32,000 nt of DNA, taken from Ktedonobacterales bacterium. Lineage in GTDB: Bacteria; Chloroflexota; Ktedonobacteria; Ktedonobacterales; JADMIN01. The stretch spans positions 4,020,001 to 4,052,000 of the forward strand of contig CP126532.1 in NCBI GenBank assembly GCA_030167145.1. The letters run 5' to 3'. Made by a program: the position numbers and the translations under genes. Of the stretch, positions 1 to 8,039 are shown piece by piece. Within the stretch, counting starts at the first letter, position 1. The number at the start of each line of letters is the position of its first letter. The notes below the pieces were generated by a model. The model saw only the letters and a list, made by a program, of their open reading frames with translations, did no database searches and was not told the origin of the DNA.

Positions 1-98
1 CATAGCTGAATTGGGATACGCGATAGCTGTTGTTGTCTGTCTGCGCCGCTCCGCCAGCGATAGGGATCCCAGACATACAGGGATGGAGGTGGGGACCG

Positions 99-431
99 AT
101 GCTCACGCGGTTTCCCAGGATGATGGCGTGGCTCGTAACACTGCTCGTGATCGGGCTGGCCACCAGCGCCACCATACTTGGGATCCATACGCTTAGCCTG
201 TCGCAGGCCGCGCAACGCCACCATGCTCATGGTGTAGTCGTCGCGATCAAGGGAGATGACCGCTTTGCCCTCAAGGTGGCCGGGCATCCGAGTGTTGAGT
301 GGTTTCGCCCAGCACCCGGCGCGCCCATCTCGATGGCGCATCTATGGCGGCATCTGCACGAAGGCGCGGCAACCGATGTGACATATCAGATGGCTGGGTC
401 GGGGATGATGCTGGCATGGAGCGCCGATTGA
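99..431 (+). CDS. hypothetical small membrane-anchored protein (110 aa)
   Basis: ORF 30..431. In-frame ATG at 99 lies 9 nt after GGAGG (85-89). One N-terminal hydrophobic helix (WLVTLLVIGLATSATILGI). No family recognised. Confidence 0.4.
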   Translation: MLTRFPRMMAWLVTLLVIGLATSATILGIHTLSLSQAAQRHHAHGVVVAIKGDDRFALKVAGHPSVEWFRPAPGAPISMAHLWRHLHEGAATDVTYQMAGSGMMLAWSAD

Positions 432-502
432 CGCCGCCAAAGCGGCGCGGATAGCAACAGCGGCGATACGAGCGACAACACGAGAGTAGCTAGCGAGGAG
501 GT

Positions 503-2035
503 ATGCGGATGATGCGCTTCCAGCGCAATCGCCAGAACGCGAGCAAACCGCATGCGAGCGTGCCCGTGCCAGATTTCGATTATCTGAGCACGTTCAAGGT
601 GCCCGCGCCCGACACCACCGGCACGGCTTCGAGAGTCCGCTCAGGCGGAACGTCAATTGCCGAGCAGGTGATGCAGCGCGGCCACGCGCAGATCGTCGTC
701 GTCGGAAATGGCATCGCTGGCTGTGCCGCCGCGATGGAGGCACGGCAGTACGCGCCTGATGCCGAGATTGTAATCGTCACCGAACAGAGCCATCCGACCA
801 TCAATACGCCTGCGCTCAAGCAATTTGGCGCTGGCTATTTGGAACTGGCGCAGCTCCTCGCGCAGCCACCGGATACCGAGCGTCGCTTAGGTATTGGCGT
901 CATTCACGAGCATGTCGAGCAACTCGATGCCCGTACGCGCCGTGTGATGTTGCTCAGCGGCCAGCAGATCACCTATGATCGTCTGCTGCTTGCGACCGGC
1001 TCGCGGCCAGTCGGCCTGGGGGCGCTGCCCGGCGCGGACTTCGATGGTGTGATGACCCTGCACACGCTCAGCCAGTATCTGGATCTGCGCCGGCGGCTGC
1101 CCGGCGTGTCGCGAGCCATCGTCATCGGAGGCGGCTACCATGCCGCCGAGAGTGCGCTCCTGCTCCGCCACGCTGGTATCGCCACCACGTTGTTAGTGCG
1201 CGGGCGCTGTCTCGTCTCCAGCTTGCTCGATCTGCCTGCCGCTGACCTGCTCCGCCAGCATCTTCAACGGCAAGGCGTGGAGGTGCGGCTGGAGACCGAG
1301 GTGGCCGGTGTGGTAGGGCGCATGGGTGTTGCTGCTGGCGTCTTGACCACGGAAGGCGCGTTTCTCCCTGGCCAGCTCATCATCGTCGCCATTGGCGTTC
1401 AGCCGGATGTTCGGCTGGCGCGTGGGGGCGGCATGGGGGCAGACATTGGCAAGGGAGTGCGCGCCTATCGGCAAATGCAAACCGAAGTAGCGAGTGTCTA
1501 TGCGGCAGGCGCCGTGGCGCGCGTGCGCGACCCGCAGACCGGCGGATGGGAGTCGCGGGCGCAGTGGTATTTCGCGTTCCAGCAGGGCCGGCTGGCGGGC
1601 GCCGCGCTGGCGGGCGCGAGGATTCCCGCTGGCTCCGAATCGGGAGCGATGGGCGCATTCTGGCATGCCACCCAGTTCGGCAAGCTGAGTATTCTGGCGG
1701 CAGGCGCGCCCACCCTCAGCGACCGCGAGCATCGCGACTACGAAGTGCTCACCAATGGCTCGGCCAGCTTCTATCGCCGTCTCGTGCTGCGCGATCACCG
1801 CGTCGTCGGTTACCTCGCCGTGGGGGCGAACCCGCCCGCTGGTCTCGCCATCAAGCGCATCATTGATGAGCAAATGGATGTGCGCGAGGTAACACGCCAG
1901 CTTTTGGGTGAGTCGTTCGACGCGCGTGCGTTCTTCACACGGCAGCAGTTGAACGTCCTGCAAACGGGCGGCAGCGCCGCTCACATGTCCGCGCCAGCCG
2001 GCCCCCACCAGCAGCGGCCGTCGCGCAGCGCATAG
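503..2035 (+). CDS. FAD-dependent pyridine nucleotide-disulfide-type oxidoreductase (NAD(P)/FAD-dependent)
   Basis: 510-aa ORF. First dinucleotide fold VVVGNGIAGCAAA (GxGxxG), second fold VIGGGYHAAESA, and LLLATGSRP and VYAAG motifs typical of the Pyr_redox_2 family. The NirB/rubredoxin-reductase-like tail is RVVGYLAVG. GGAGG at 497-501 favours ATG 509 over 503 as the true start. Confidence 0.85.
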   Translation: MRMMRFQRNRQNASKPHASVPVPDFDYLSTFKVPAPDTTGTASRVRSGGTSIAEQVMQRGHAQIVVVGNGIAGCAAAMEARQYAPDAEIVIVTEQSHPTINTPALKQFGAGYLELAQLLAQPPDTERRLGIGVIHEHVEQLDARTRRVMLLSGQQITYDRLLLATGSRPVGLGALPGADFDGVMTLHTLSQYLDLRRRLPGVSRAIVIGGGYHAAESALLLRHAGIATTLLVRGRCLVSSLLDLPAADLLRQHLQRQGVEVRLETEVAGVVGRMGVAAGVLTTEGAFLPGQLIIVAIGVQPDVRLARGGGMGADIGKGVRAYRQMQTEVASVYAAGAVARVRDPQTGGWESRAQWYFAFQQGRLAGAALAGARIPAGSESGAMGAFWHATQFGKLSILAAGAPTLSDREHRDYEVLTNGSASFYRRLVLRDHRVVGYLAVGANPPAGLAIKRIIDEQMDVREVTRQLLGESFDARAFFTRQQLNVLQTGGSAAHMSAPAGPHQQRPSRSA

Positions 2036-2086
2036 GTTTGGTCACGGACGACTAATGCCGGCTCTATTCGGGGAAGGAACCCGCTC

Positions 2087-2359
2087 ATGCATTACGCGAC
2101 ACCTCAGCTTATGGAAGAACTTACCGCATGCATTGCGTGCAGTGAATGCCTACTCGCCTGCCCCGCGCTCGCGGAAGCGATACCCATCAAGGCGCTCAAT
2201 TGGGAAACACTGCACGGCCCCCTCTCACCAGACATCGCGCGTTTTGCCCAGCGCTGTTATCAATGTGGCGCGTGCGTGCCGGTATGTCCGGTAGGCCTCC
2301 ACCGCGATGCCATGATGCTGTGGCTGAAGGTGCGGCTGTTGCTGGGGCCAGATAGCTAG
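2087..2359 (+). CDS. 4Fe-4S dicluster domain protein (ferredoxin-like, 90 aa)
   Basis: Two CxxCxxCxxxCP motifs (CIACSECLLACP, CYQCGACVPVCP) spaced ~40 aa apart as in HdrD/GlcF-type Fer4 domains. RBS GGGAAGGAA lies upstream of the ATG. Confidence 0.8.
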   Translation: MHYATPQLMEELTACIACSECLLACPALAEAIPIKALNWETLHGPLSPDIARFAQRCYQCGACVPVCPVGLHRDAMMLWLKVRLLLGPDS

Positions 2360-3354
2360 TGCCGTCTATGGCGATGACGGACAAATGCGGCATAGGTCAT
2401 CTAGCGGCACGCGATGCGAGTATCAGGAGCAATGCCATGACCAGGACGAGCGCCAGACCACCAATCCAGGCGGGCTATCCCATGCTGGGCAGCCACGGCT
2501 CACGCGCGCAATGGCTGGCGCGTCTCACCGCCCTCGGCATTGGCATCTGTCTGATTTACCCGCTCTATCTGTATCTTCATAGCGATGACATTGCGCCTGA
2601 TAGCGCGTGGGGCTATGGGTTCGCGATCTGCGGCACGGCTCTGCTGATCTTGGTGGGCGTCAGCTACAGTGTGCGCAAGCGGCTCAATCGCCATGCGCCC
2701 ATCCGGCTGCACACCATGCTGGCCTGGCATGCCGTCGGAGGAGTCGTCGGCGTGCTGCTGATTGTGCTGCACAGCGCAGGCAATTTCAACGCGCGCAGCG
2801 GCACCTATGCGCTCTATGGATTGCTGGCCGTGGCGCTCAGCGGCATCATCGGGCGCCTCATAGACCGGCTCTGTCCCCGGCTAGCCACCGCCGCCGCCGC
2901 CCAGGCAATGACGGAAGCCGGCGAGGATCGCCTGTATGCGCTTGAGCAGAAACTCGAAGCCGCGCAGCAGCTACAGCATGCGCGGCGGCGTGCGCGACGC
3001 CCGCGCAAGGCGAATATGCCGTGGGATCTGGCCTATCACACACTCGACCCTGAGAATGACGCGATTCCTGGCCTGCTCACCCACGAGACTATGTCTGGCA
3101 CTGGCTTCGTCCCCACGCGCGCCTGGCGCTATGTCGGCTCACATACGGCGCAACTGCTACCGCACCAACGTCCTTTTGCGGACTATCTACACCAACAGAC
3201 AACGCTGACGCGCGCCGCCATGGGACGCGAGCAGTTCTATCTCCATATGGTGCGCGTGTGGCGCAGAGTGCATGTGCTCTTGTGCGTGGCCGCGCTCGGC
3301 CTGCTGATCTGGCACCTCACCTACGCCGCGATGCTCCTGCTCGATGCGCGCTGA
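2359..3354 (+). CDS. integral membrane protein, candidate di-haem cytochrome b-like
   Basis: GTG start overlaps the ferredoxin stop (TAGTG, 2357-2361); later ATGs are also possible starts. About 5 hydrophobic helices. H124-x13-H138 and H305-x13-H319 sit in two of them, separated by a long Arg-rich loop. Confidence 0.65.
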   Translation: MPSMAMTDKCGIGHLAARDASIRSNAMTRTSARPPIQAGYPMLGSHGSRAQWLARLTALGIGICLIYPLYLYLHSDDIAPDSAWGYGFAICGTALLILVGVSYSVRKRLNRHAPIRLHTMLAWHAVGGVVGVLLIVLHSAGNFNARSGTYALYGLLAVALSGIIGRLIDRLCPRLATAAAAQAMTEAGEDRLYALEQKLEAAQQLQHARRRARRPRKANMPWDLAYHTLDPENDAIPGLLTHETMSGTGFVPTRAWRYVGSHTAQLLPHQRPFADYLHQQTTLTRAAMGREQFYLHMVRVWRRVHVLLCVAALGLLIWHLTYAAMLLLDAR

Positions 3355-3443
3355 CTATTCTCCTCCGCGCCTGCCCAATTAGCCTCACTCTTTCGTCATG
3401 CCGGAGCGTGCCGACTACCACTTGTGGACTGATTCCGCGCGGC

Positions 3444-3472
3444 TTGTATTCAGACGCCCCATGCGTGATAAT
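3444..3472 (+). promoter_or_regulatory. candidate sigma70-type promoter (TTGTAT-17 nt-GATAAT)
   Basis: Hexamers at 3444-3449 and 3467-3472 with a 17-nt spacer, ~40 nt upstream of the zinc-ribbon gene start. Confidence 0.3.
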
Positions 3473-3512
3473 CTCATCATCGAATCATCATCGTGGCGAT
3501 GGAGGTTGTCTG

Positions 3513-3758
3513 ATGCCGATCTACGAATACTACTGCTCGGACTGTCGTGGCAAGTTCGAGGTGCTCACCACCTATGAGAAGTCGCGGGAGCAGACCGTCT
3601 GCGCCGCCTGCCACGGGGTACACGTCCGCAAGCTGCTCTCGGTCGTCGCTAAACCGGCGCGTGGTGGCGATGCTGGCGACTTTGGCGATAGCGGCGGTGA
3701 CGACTTCGGCGACAGTGGCGGTGGGTGTTGCGGCGGCGCTTGCGGCTGCCACAACTAG
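3513..3758 (+). CDS. FmdB-family zinc-ribbon protein (CxxC...CxxC)
   Basis: Begins MPIYEYYCSDCRGKFEV...CAAC, the characteristic FmdB/CxxC_CxxC_SSSS N-terminus. GGAGG at 3501-3505. Gly/Asp/Cys-rich tail ends CCGGACGCHN. The part of ORF 3258..3758 upstream of 3513 is not coding-like. Confidence 0.85.
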   Translation: MPIYEYYCSDCRGKFEVLTTYEKSREQTVCAACHGVHVRKLLSVVAKPARGGDAGDFGDSGGDDFGDSGGGCCGGACGCHN

Positions 3759-3829
3759 CGCGCCCGCCTCCCATTTCCCACACATCCCCCGCATCCACTC
3801 CGCGAGGCAACACATCAGGAGGGCCAGCT

Positions 3830-5179
3830 ATGGACGACCTGCTGCGTGCGGCGGCTGACCGCGCGATCCGCTATCAGCGCGACATCGGCGAGCGCCGTGT
3901 CGCGCCCGTGCCCGAAGCGGTCGCCCGGCTGCGCGAGCTAGGCAGTCCGCTGCCAGAGCGCCCGTCCAGCCCGGCGGACGTGCTGGCTTTGCTCGACGAC
4001 CTCGGCTCGCCCGCGACCGTCGCTTCTACCGGCCCGCGCTACTTTGGCTTCGTCACCGGCGGCGCGCTGCCCGCCACCGTCGCCGCCAACTGGCTCGCGG
4101 GCGTGTGGGACCAGAACGCCTTCTCCAACATCTCCTCGCCCCTGGCGGCCACCATCGAAGACATCGCCCTCGGCTGGCTGCTCGACGTGCTTGGCCTGCC
4201 CGCTGGGAGTGGCGCCGCGTTCGTTACCGGCGCGACGATGGCGAACTTCACCGCGCTCGCGGCGGCGCGGCATGCCGTGCTCGCCAGCGTTGGTTGGGAT
4301 GTTGAGGCGAACGGCCTTTTCGGTGCGCCGCCCGTGACGGTTGTCGTTGGCGAGGAGGCGCATGTCACCCTCTTCAAGGCGCTAGGTCTGCTCGGCTTCG
4401 GGCGCGAGCGCGTGGTGCGCGTGCCGGTGGATGGGCAGGGGCGCATGCGCGCCGATGCCTTCCCGGCGCTCACCGGCCCGGCGATTGTCTGCCTTCAGGC
4501 GGGCAACGTGAATACCGGAGCATTCGACCCAGCGGGCGAGATCGTGCCGCTGGCGCATGCGGCGGGCGCGTGGGTCCATGTAGACGGCGCATTCGGCCTG
4601 TGGGCTGCCGCCGCTCCCGACCGCAAGCATCTCGTCGCGGGCGTCGCGGACGCCGATTCCTGGGCAACTGACGCGCACAAATATCTCAATACACCATATG
4701 ATAGCGGCATTGCCTTCGTGCGCGACCCGGAGCCGTTACGGGCGGCGATGTCGGTCAGCGCCACGTATCTGCCCCAGGGCGCGGCCCGCGATCCGCTGGC
4801 CTACACCCCCGATTCCTCGCGGCGGGCGCGCGGCATCGAAATCTGGGCCGCGCTGAAGTCGCTAGGCCGCGCGGGTGTCGCCGATCTGGTTGAGCGTTGC
4901 TGCCGCTATGCTACGCGCTTCGCCGAAGGTCTGCGCGCGGCGGGCTATGACGTGCTGAATGAGGTCGCGCTGAATCAGGTGCTGGTGGCGTTCGGCGACG
5001 ACGAGACCACCTGCCGCGTGATCGCCGCCATCCAGGACGACGGCACGTGCTGGTGCGGCGGCACCACCTGGCAGGGGCGCGCGGCGATGCGTATCAGCGT
5101 CTCCTCGTGGCGCACCACCACAGCCGACGTGGACCGCAGCCTGGCCGCCATGATTCGCATCGCCAAAGACACGAAATGA
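3830..5179 (+). CDS. pyridoxal-phosphate-dependent decarboxylase (group II / fold-type I family)
   Basis: About 450 aa from ATG 3830 (AGGAGGG upstream). The S-x-DAHKYLNTPYDSG motif carries the PLP lysine. Overall length fits group II decarboxylases. Substrate not assignable. Confidence 0.8.
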   Translation: MDDLLRAAADRAIRYQRDIGERRVAPVPEAVARLRELGSPLPERPSSPADVLALLDDLGSPATVASTGPRYFGFVTGGALPATVAANWLAGVWDQNAFSNISSPLAATIEDIALGWLLDVLGLPAGSGAAFVTGATMANFTALAAARHAVLASVGWDVEANGLFGAPPVTVVVGEEAHVTLFKALGLLGFGRERVVRVPVDGQGRMRADAFPALTGPAIVCLQAGNVNTGAFDPAGEIVPLAHAAGAWVHVDGAFGLWAAAAPDRKHLVAGVADADSWATDAHKYLNTPYDSGIAFVRDPEPLRAAMSVSATYLPQGAARDPLAYTPDSSRRARGIEIWAALKSLGRAGVADLVERCCRYATRFAEGLRAAGYDVLNEVALNQVLVAFGDDETTCRVIAAIQDDGTCWCGGTTWQGRAAMRISVSSWRTTTADVDRSLAAMIRIAKDTK

Positions 5180-5237
5180 TAGCTGAAACGCTCAACCTGG
5201 CAATAGAAATAAGTTGTTAAGGAGCGGTATGAGCGGG

Positions 5238-6404
5238 TCAGCGGACTGGCACGCGCAGGATGTCTTCGGGGTTGCGCTGGCATAGAATCTCGATGCCGCC
5301 GTCGCGCACCAGCACGAAGTCTTCCAGGCGCACGCCGCCCCAGCCGGGGATGTAGATGCCTGGCTCGACGGTAATCATCATCCCCACGCTGATACCCTCA
5401 ATCTTCGCCAGTTGCTCGTCCTCTTCCGGTTCGGTGGTCTTCAGGTACGTCGCCGCTGGCAGTTCATGCACCGCCATGCCCAGGCCGTGGCCGACGCCGT
5501 GCATGAATTGCTCGCCGTAGCCCGCGTCGGCGATGACCTTGCGCGCCGCCGCATCTACATCGCGCCCGCGTTTCGCTCCGGCTGCCAGCGCCTGCTCCGC
5601 CGCGTCCTGAGCCGCACGGACGATGTGGTAGACCTCCACCAATTTCGCGTCTGGCTCGCCAAGGACGAACGTGCGGGTGATGTCGGAGCAATAGCCATCC
5701 ACACGTGCGCCGAAGTCAATCAGCAGCGGCTCGCCCTCGCGCGCCTCGCGGTCGCTGGGCACCCAATGGGGCAGCGCGCCACCCGGCCCGCAGGCGACGA
5801 TGGTCGGAAAGCTCGGCTCAGTCGCGCCGCCCTCACGCATCAGCATCTCCAGCCGCAACGCAATCTGGCGCTCAGTCATCCCTGGCCGCAGTTCGGTGAT
5901 GAGCTGGGCGAACGCGGCATCGGCCACCTCGCCCGCGTGGCGAATCGCCGCAATCTCGGCCTCATCTTTGACGACGCGCACCGCCTCGGCCAGGTCATCA
6001 GATGGGATCATCTCGACTTCTTCGTCCAGCGCCTTGCGCAGCCGCTCGTAGCGCCCGTAGGACATCCAATCTTTCTCGAAGCCCAATCGGCGGAAGCCCT
6101 GGTCCTTCGCGGCCTGGGCCAGCACCGCCGCCGCCGTGGTCTTATCGGTCAGCAGCAGTTCCGCCCCGCTTGGCTCGATCTCGTGCTCCAGTCCGCTGAT
6201 GGAAAAGGTGCCGGTGATGAGGTAGAGGCCACTCATGGTGACGAGGGCCAGCCCGGAGGATTCGGTGATGTCGCCATCGGTCGGGGTGAAGCCGGTGAGA
6301 TAGCGCCGGTTGTACTGGCTGGCAATGAGCAGTGCATCGAGTTCCGCGCTCGCCATACGCTGGCGTGTCTCGGCAAGTCTGCGGCCGTAGTTCGCTTGGG
6401 TCAC
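5238..6404 (-). CDS. M24-family Xaa-Pro aminopeptidase/dipeptidase
   Basis: Creatinase-like N-domain plus pita-bread fold with HGVGHGLGMAVHE and EPGIY motifs. GTG at 6404 lies 6 nt after GGAG. The ORF could extend to 6458. Confidence 0.85.
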   Translation of the reverse strand: MTQANYGRRLAETRQRMASAELDALLIASQYNRRYLTGFTPTDGDITESSGLALVTMSGLYLITGTFSISGLEHEIEPSGAELLLTDKTTAAAVLAQAAKDQGFRRLGFEKDWMSYGRYERLRKALDEEVEMIPSDDLAEAVRVVKDEAEIAAIRHAGEVADAAFAQLITELRPGMTERQIALRLEMLMREGGATEPSFPTIVACGPGGALPHWVPSDREAREGEPLLIDFGARVDGYCSDITRTFVLGEPDAKLVEVYHIVRAAQDAAEQALAAGAKRGRDVDAAARKVIADAGYGEQFMHGVGHGLGMAVHELPAATYLKTTEPEEDEQLAKIEGISVGMMITVEPGIYIPGWGGVRLEDFVLVRDGGIEILCQRNPEDILRVPVR

Positions 6405-6589
6405 ATGCGTCTCCGTTCTGAGGCGAGTTTGCTCCGTTTCAACCAGTATGACGGGCATCGAACGCGGTTGTCAATGGTGGGCACTTCCTCTTGCGCCGCT
6501 GGGGCAATGTAGCGCACAATGGGGGCTGGCACGCCGCCGTATATCGTGCCACGTAGAGCTATCAGTTGAAAGCAGAGGTTTGAGCGCGT

Positions 6590-7885
6590 ATGTCGAAGCA
6601 TGCGGACCCCAAGACCAACGTTGTGACCGTGCTGCAAGAGCGCGGCCTGATGTCGCAGTTGACCGAGAGCGGCCTGCCCGAAGCGGCGGCGGGTGGGCAG
6701 CTCTACGTGTATTGCGGGTTCGATGCGACTGCGCCCAGCCTGCAAGTGGGCAATCTGGTTCCAGTGATGGCGCTGGCACACTTTCAGCGTCACGGCCACC
6801 GCCCGATTATCGTCGTGGGTGGTGGCACCAGCATGATCGGCGATCCCAGCGGCAAATCGGTTGAGCGGCCATTGCTGACGGCGGAGCAGATTGCCGAGTA
6901 TGCGGGGCGGATCCGCGATCAGCTTGCGGGCTACCTCTCGTTCGAGGGGCCAGCCGCCGCGATTCTGGTCAACAACGCCGACTGGCTGAGCAAGATGACG
7001 CTGATCGAGTACCTGCGCGACATCGGCAAGCACTTCTCGGTCAATGCGATGTCGGCGAAAGAGTCGGTGCGCTCGCGGCTGGAAGACCGCGAACATGGTA
7101 TCTCGTACACCGAGTTCTCGTACATGGTGGTGCAGGCGACGGACTTCCTGCACTTGAACGATACCTACAACTGCACCGTGCAGATCGGCGGGCACGACCA
7201 GTGGGGCAACCTGACGGCGGGCGTGGATCTGATTCGCAAGGCGCGGGAGAAGCATGTCCATGCGCTGACGGTGCCGCTGATTACGTCGGCGAGCGGGGCG
7301 AAGTTCGGCAAGACCGCGGGCAATGCCATCTGGCTCGATCCGGCGATGACGACGCCCTACGCGCTGTACCAGTACTGGATCAATATTGACGACCGGGATG
7401 TAGCCCACTACCTCAAGGTTTTCACGTTCCAGTCGCTGGACGACATCGCGACGCTGGAGCGCGAACAGGAGGCCGACCCGAGCAAGCGCGTGGGCCAGCG
7501 GGTGCTGGCATTCGAGCTTACGAAGCTGATCCACGGCGAGGATACGGCTCGCGCGGTGGAGGCGGCGTCGCGCGTGCTCTTCGGCGGCGGAGTGGATGAG
7601 CTGACGCCAGAGGCGCTGATGCATCTGGCGAGCGCGGTGCCGACGGTGGAGATCGAAGCGGCGGCGCTGGAACGTGGCATCCCGGTGCTTGATGCGCTGG
7701 TGACAAGCGGCGCACAGCCCTCCAAGGGCGCGGCGCGGCGTGTGCTGCAACAGGGTGGGCTGTACGTGAACGACGCGCGCTGGTCCGACGCGGAGGGTGT
7801 GTTGACCCGCGAGCAGGCGCTCTTCGGACGGGCGATCCTGTTGCGAACGGGGAAGAACAAGTATTCGCTGCTGCTGGCGAAGTAG
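6590..7885 (+). CDS. tyrS: tyrosine--tRNA ligase
   Basis: Collinear with Bacillus-type TyrRS: YCGFDATAPSL, GDPSGK, YMVVQATDF, GGHDQWGN, KFGKT (the KMSKS equivalent) and a C-terminal S4-like domain. The HIGH position reads QVGN. Confidence 0.95.
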   Translation: MSKHADPKTNVVTVLQERGLMSQLTESGLPEAAAGGQLYVYCGFDATAPSLQVGNLVPVMALAHFQRHGHRPIIVVGGGTSMIGDPSGKSVERPLLTAEQIAEYAGRIRDQLAGYLSFEGPAAAILVNNADWLSKMTLIEYLRDIGKHFSVNAMSAKESVRSRLEDREHGISYTEFSYMVVQATDFLHLNDTYNCTVQIGGHDQWGNLTAGVDLIRKAREKHVHALTVPLITSASGAKFGKTAGNAIWLDPAMTTPYALYQYWINIDDRDVAHYLKVFTFQSLDDIATLEREQEADPSKRVGQRVLAFELTKLIHGEDTARAVEAASRVLFGGGVDELTPEALMHLASAVPTVEIEAAALERGIPVLDALVTSGAQPSKGAARRVLQQGGLYVNDARWSDAEGVLTREQALFGRAILLRTGKNKYSLLLAK

Positions 7886-7932
7886 CGAAGACCTACCCCC
7901 CGGCCCCTCCTCGGAACGGCTCGGAGGGGCAG

Positions 7933-7975
7933 CGCTGCGCTTGCCCTTCCCTGCAAGGGAAGGGCAAGCGCAGCG
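7933..7975. other. perfect 20-bp inverted repeat (hairpin) with 3-nt loop
   Basis: cgctgcgcttgcccttccct-gca-agggaagggcaagcgcagcg, in the convergent tyrS/sbcD intergenic region. Confidence 0.85.
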
Positions 7976-7989
7976 GACCTCATTCGTGA

Positions 7990-8016
7990 CCCCGCTCCCA
8001 TTGGGAGCGGGGTTTT
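7990..8016 (+). terminator. rho-independent terminator of tyrS
   Basis: CCCCGCTCCC-att-GGGAGCGGGG stem followed by TTTT (8013-8016). Confidence 0.75.
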
Positions 8017-8039
8017 CGCGCCACATCGTTTCCTGCCTC

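Noticed and set aside
3258-3512. N-terminal extension of the zinc-ribbon ORF (166-aa version)
   Set aside because: FmdB-family proteins begin at the MPxYEYxC motif. GGAGG lies 7 nt upstream of ATG 3513. The upstream segment overlaps the end of the membrane-protein gene and contains a promoter-like TTGTAT-17-GATAAT.
6405-6589. T-box riboswitch upstream of tyrS (AATGGGGGCTGGCACGCCG resembles the T-box core GGGTGGTACCGCG, followed by a GGCACG...CGTGCC hairpin)
   Set aside because: The match needs insertions. The tRNA acceptor-pairing tetranucleotide would be UGGC rather than the UGGU expected for tRNA-Tyr. I could not identify a convincing Stem I, specifier loop or UAC/UAU specifier. Only ~130-185 nt is available, shared with the divergent peptidase gene's upstream region. 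An Rfam T-box covariance-model scan would settle it.
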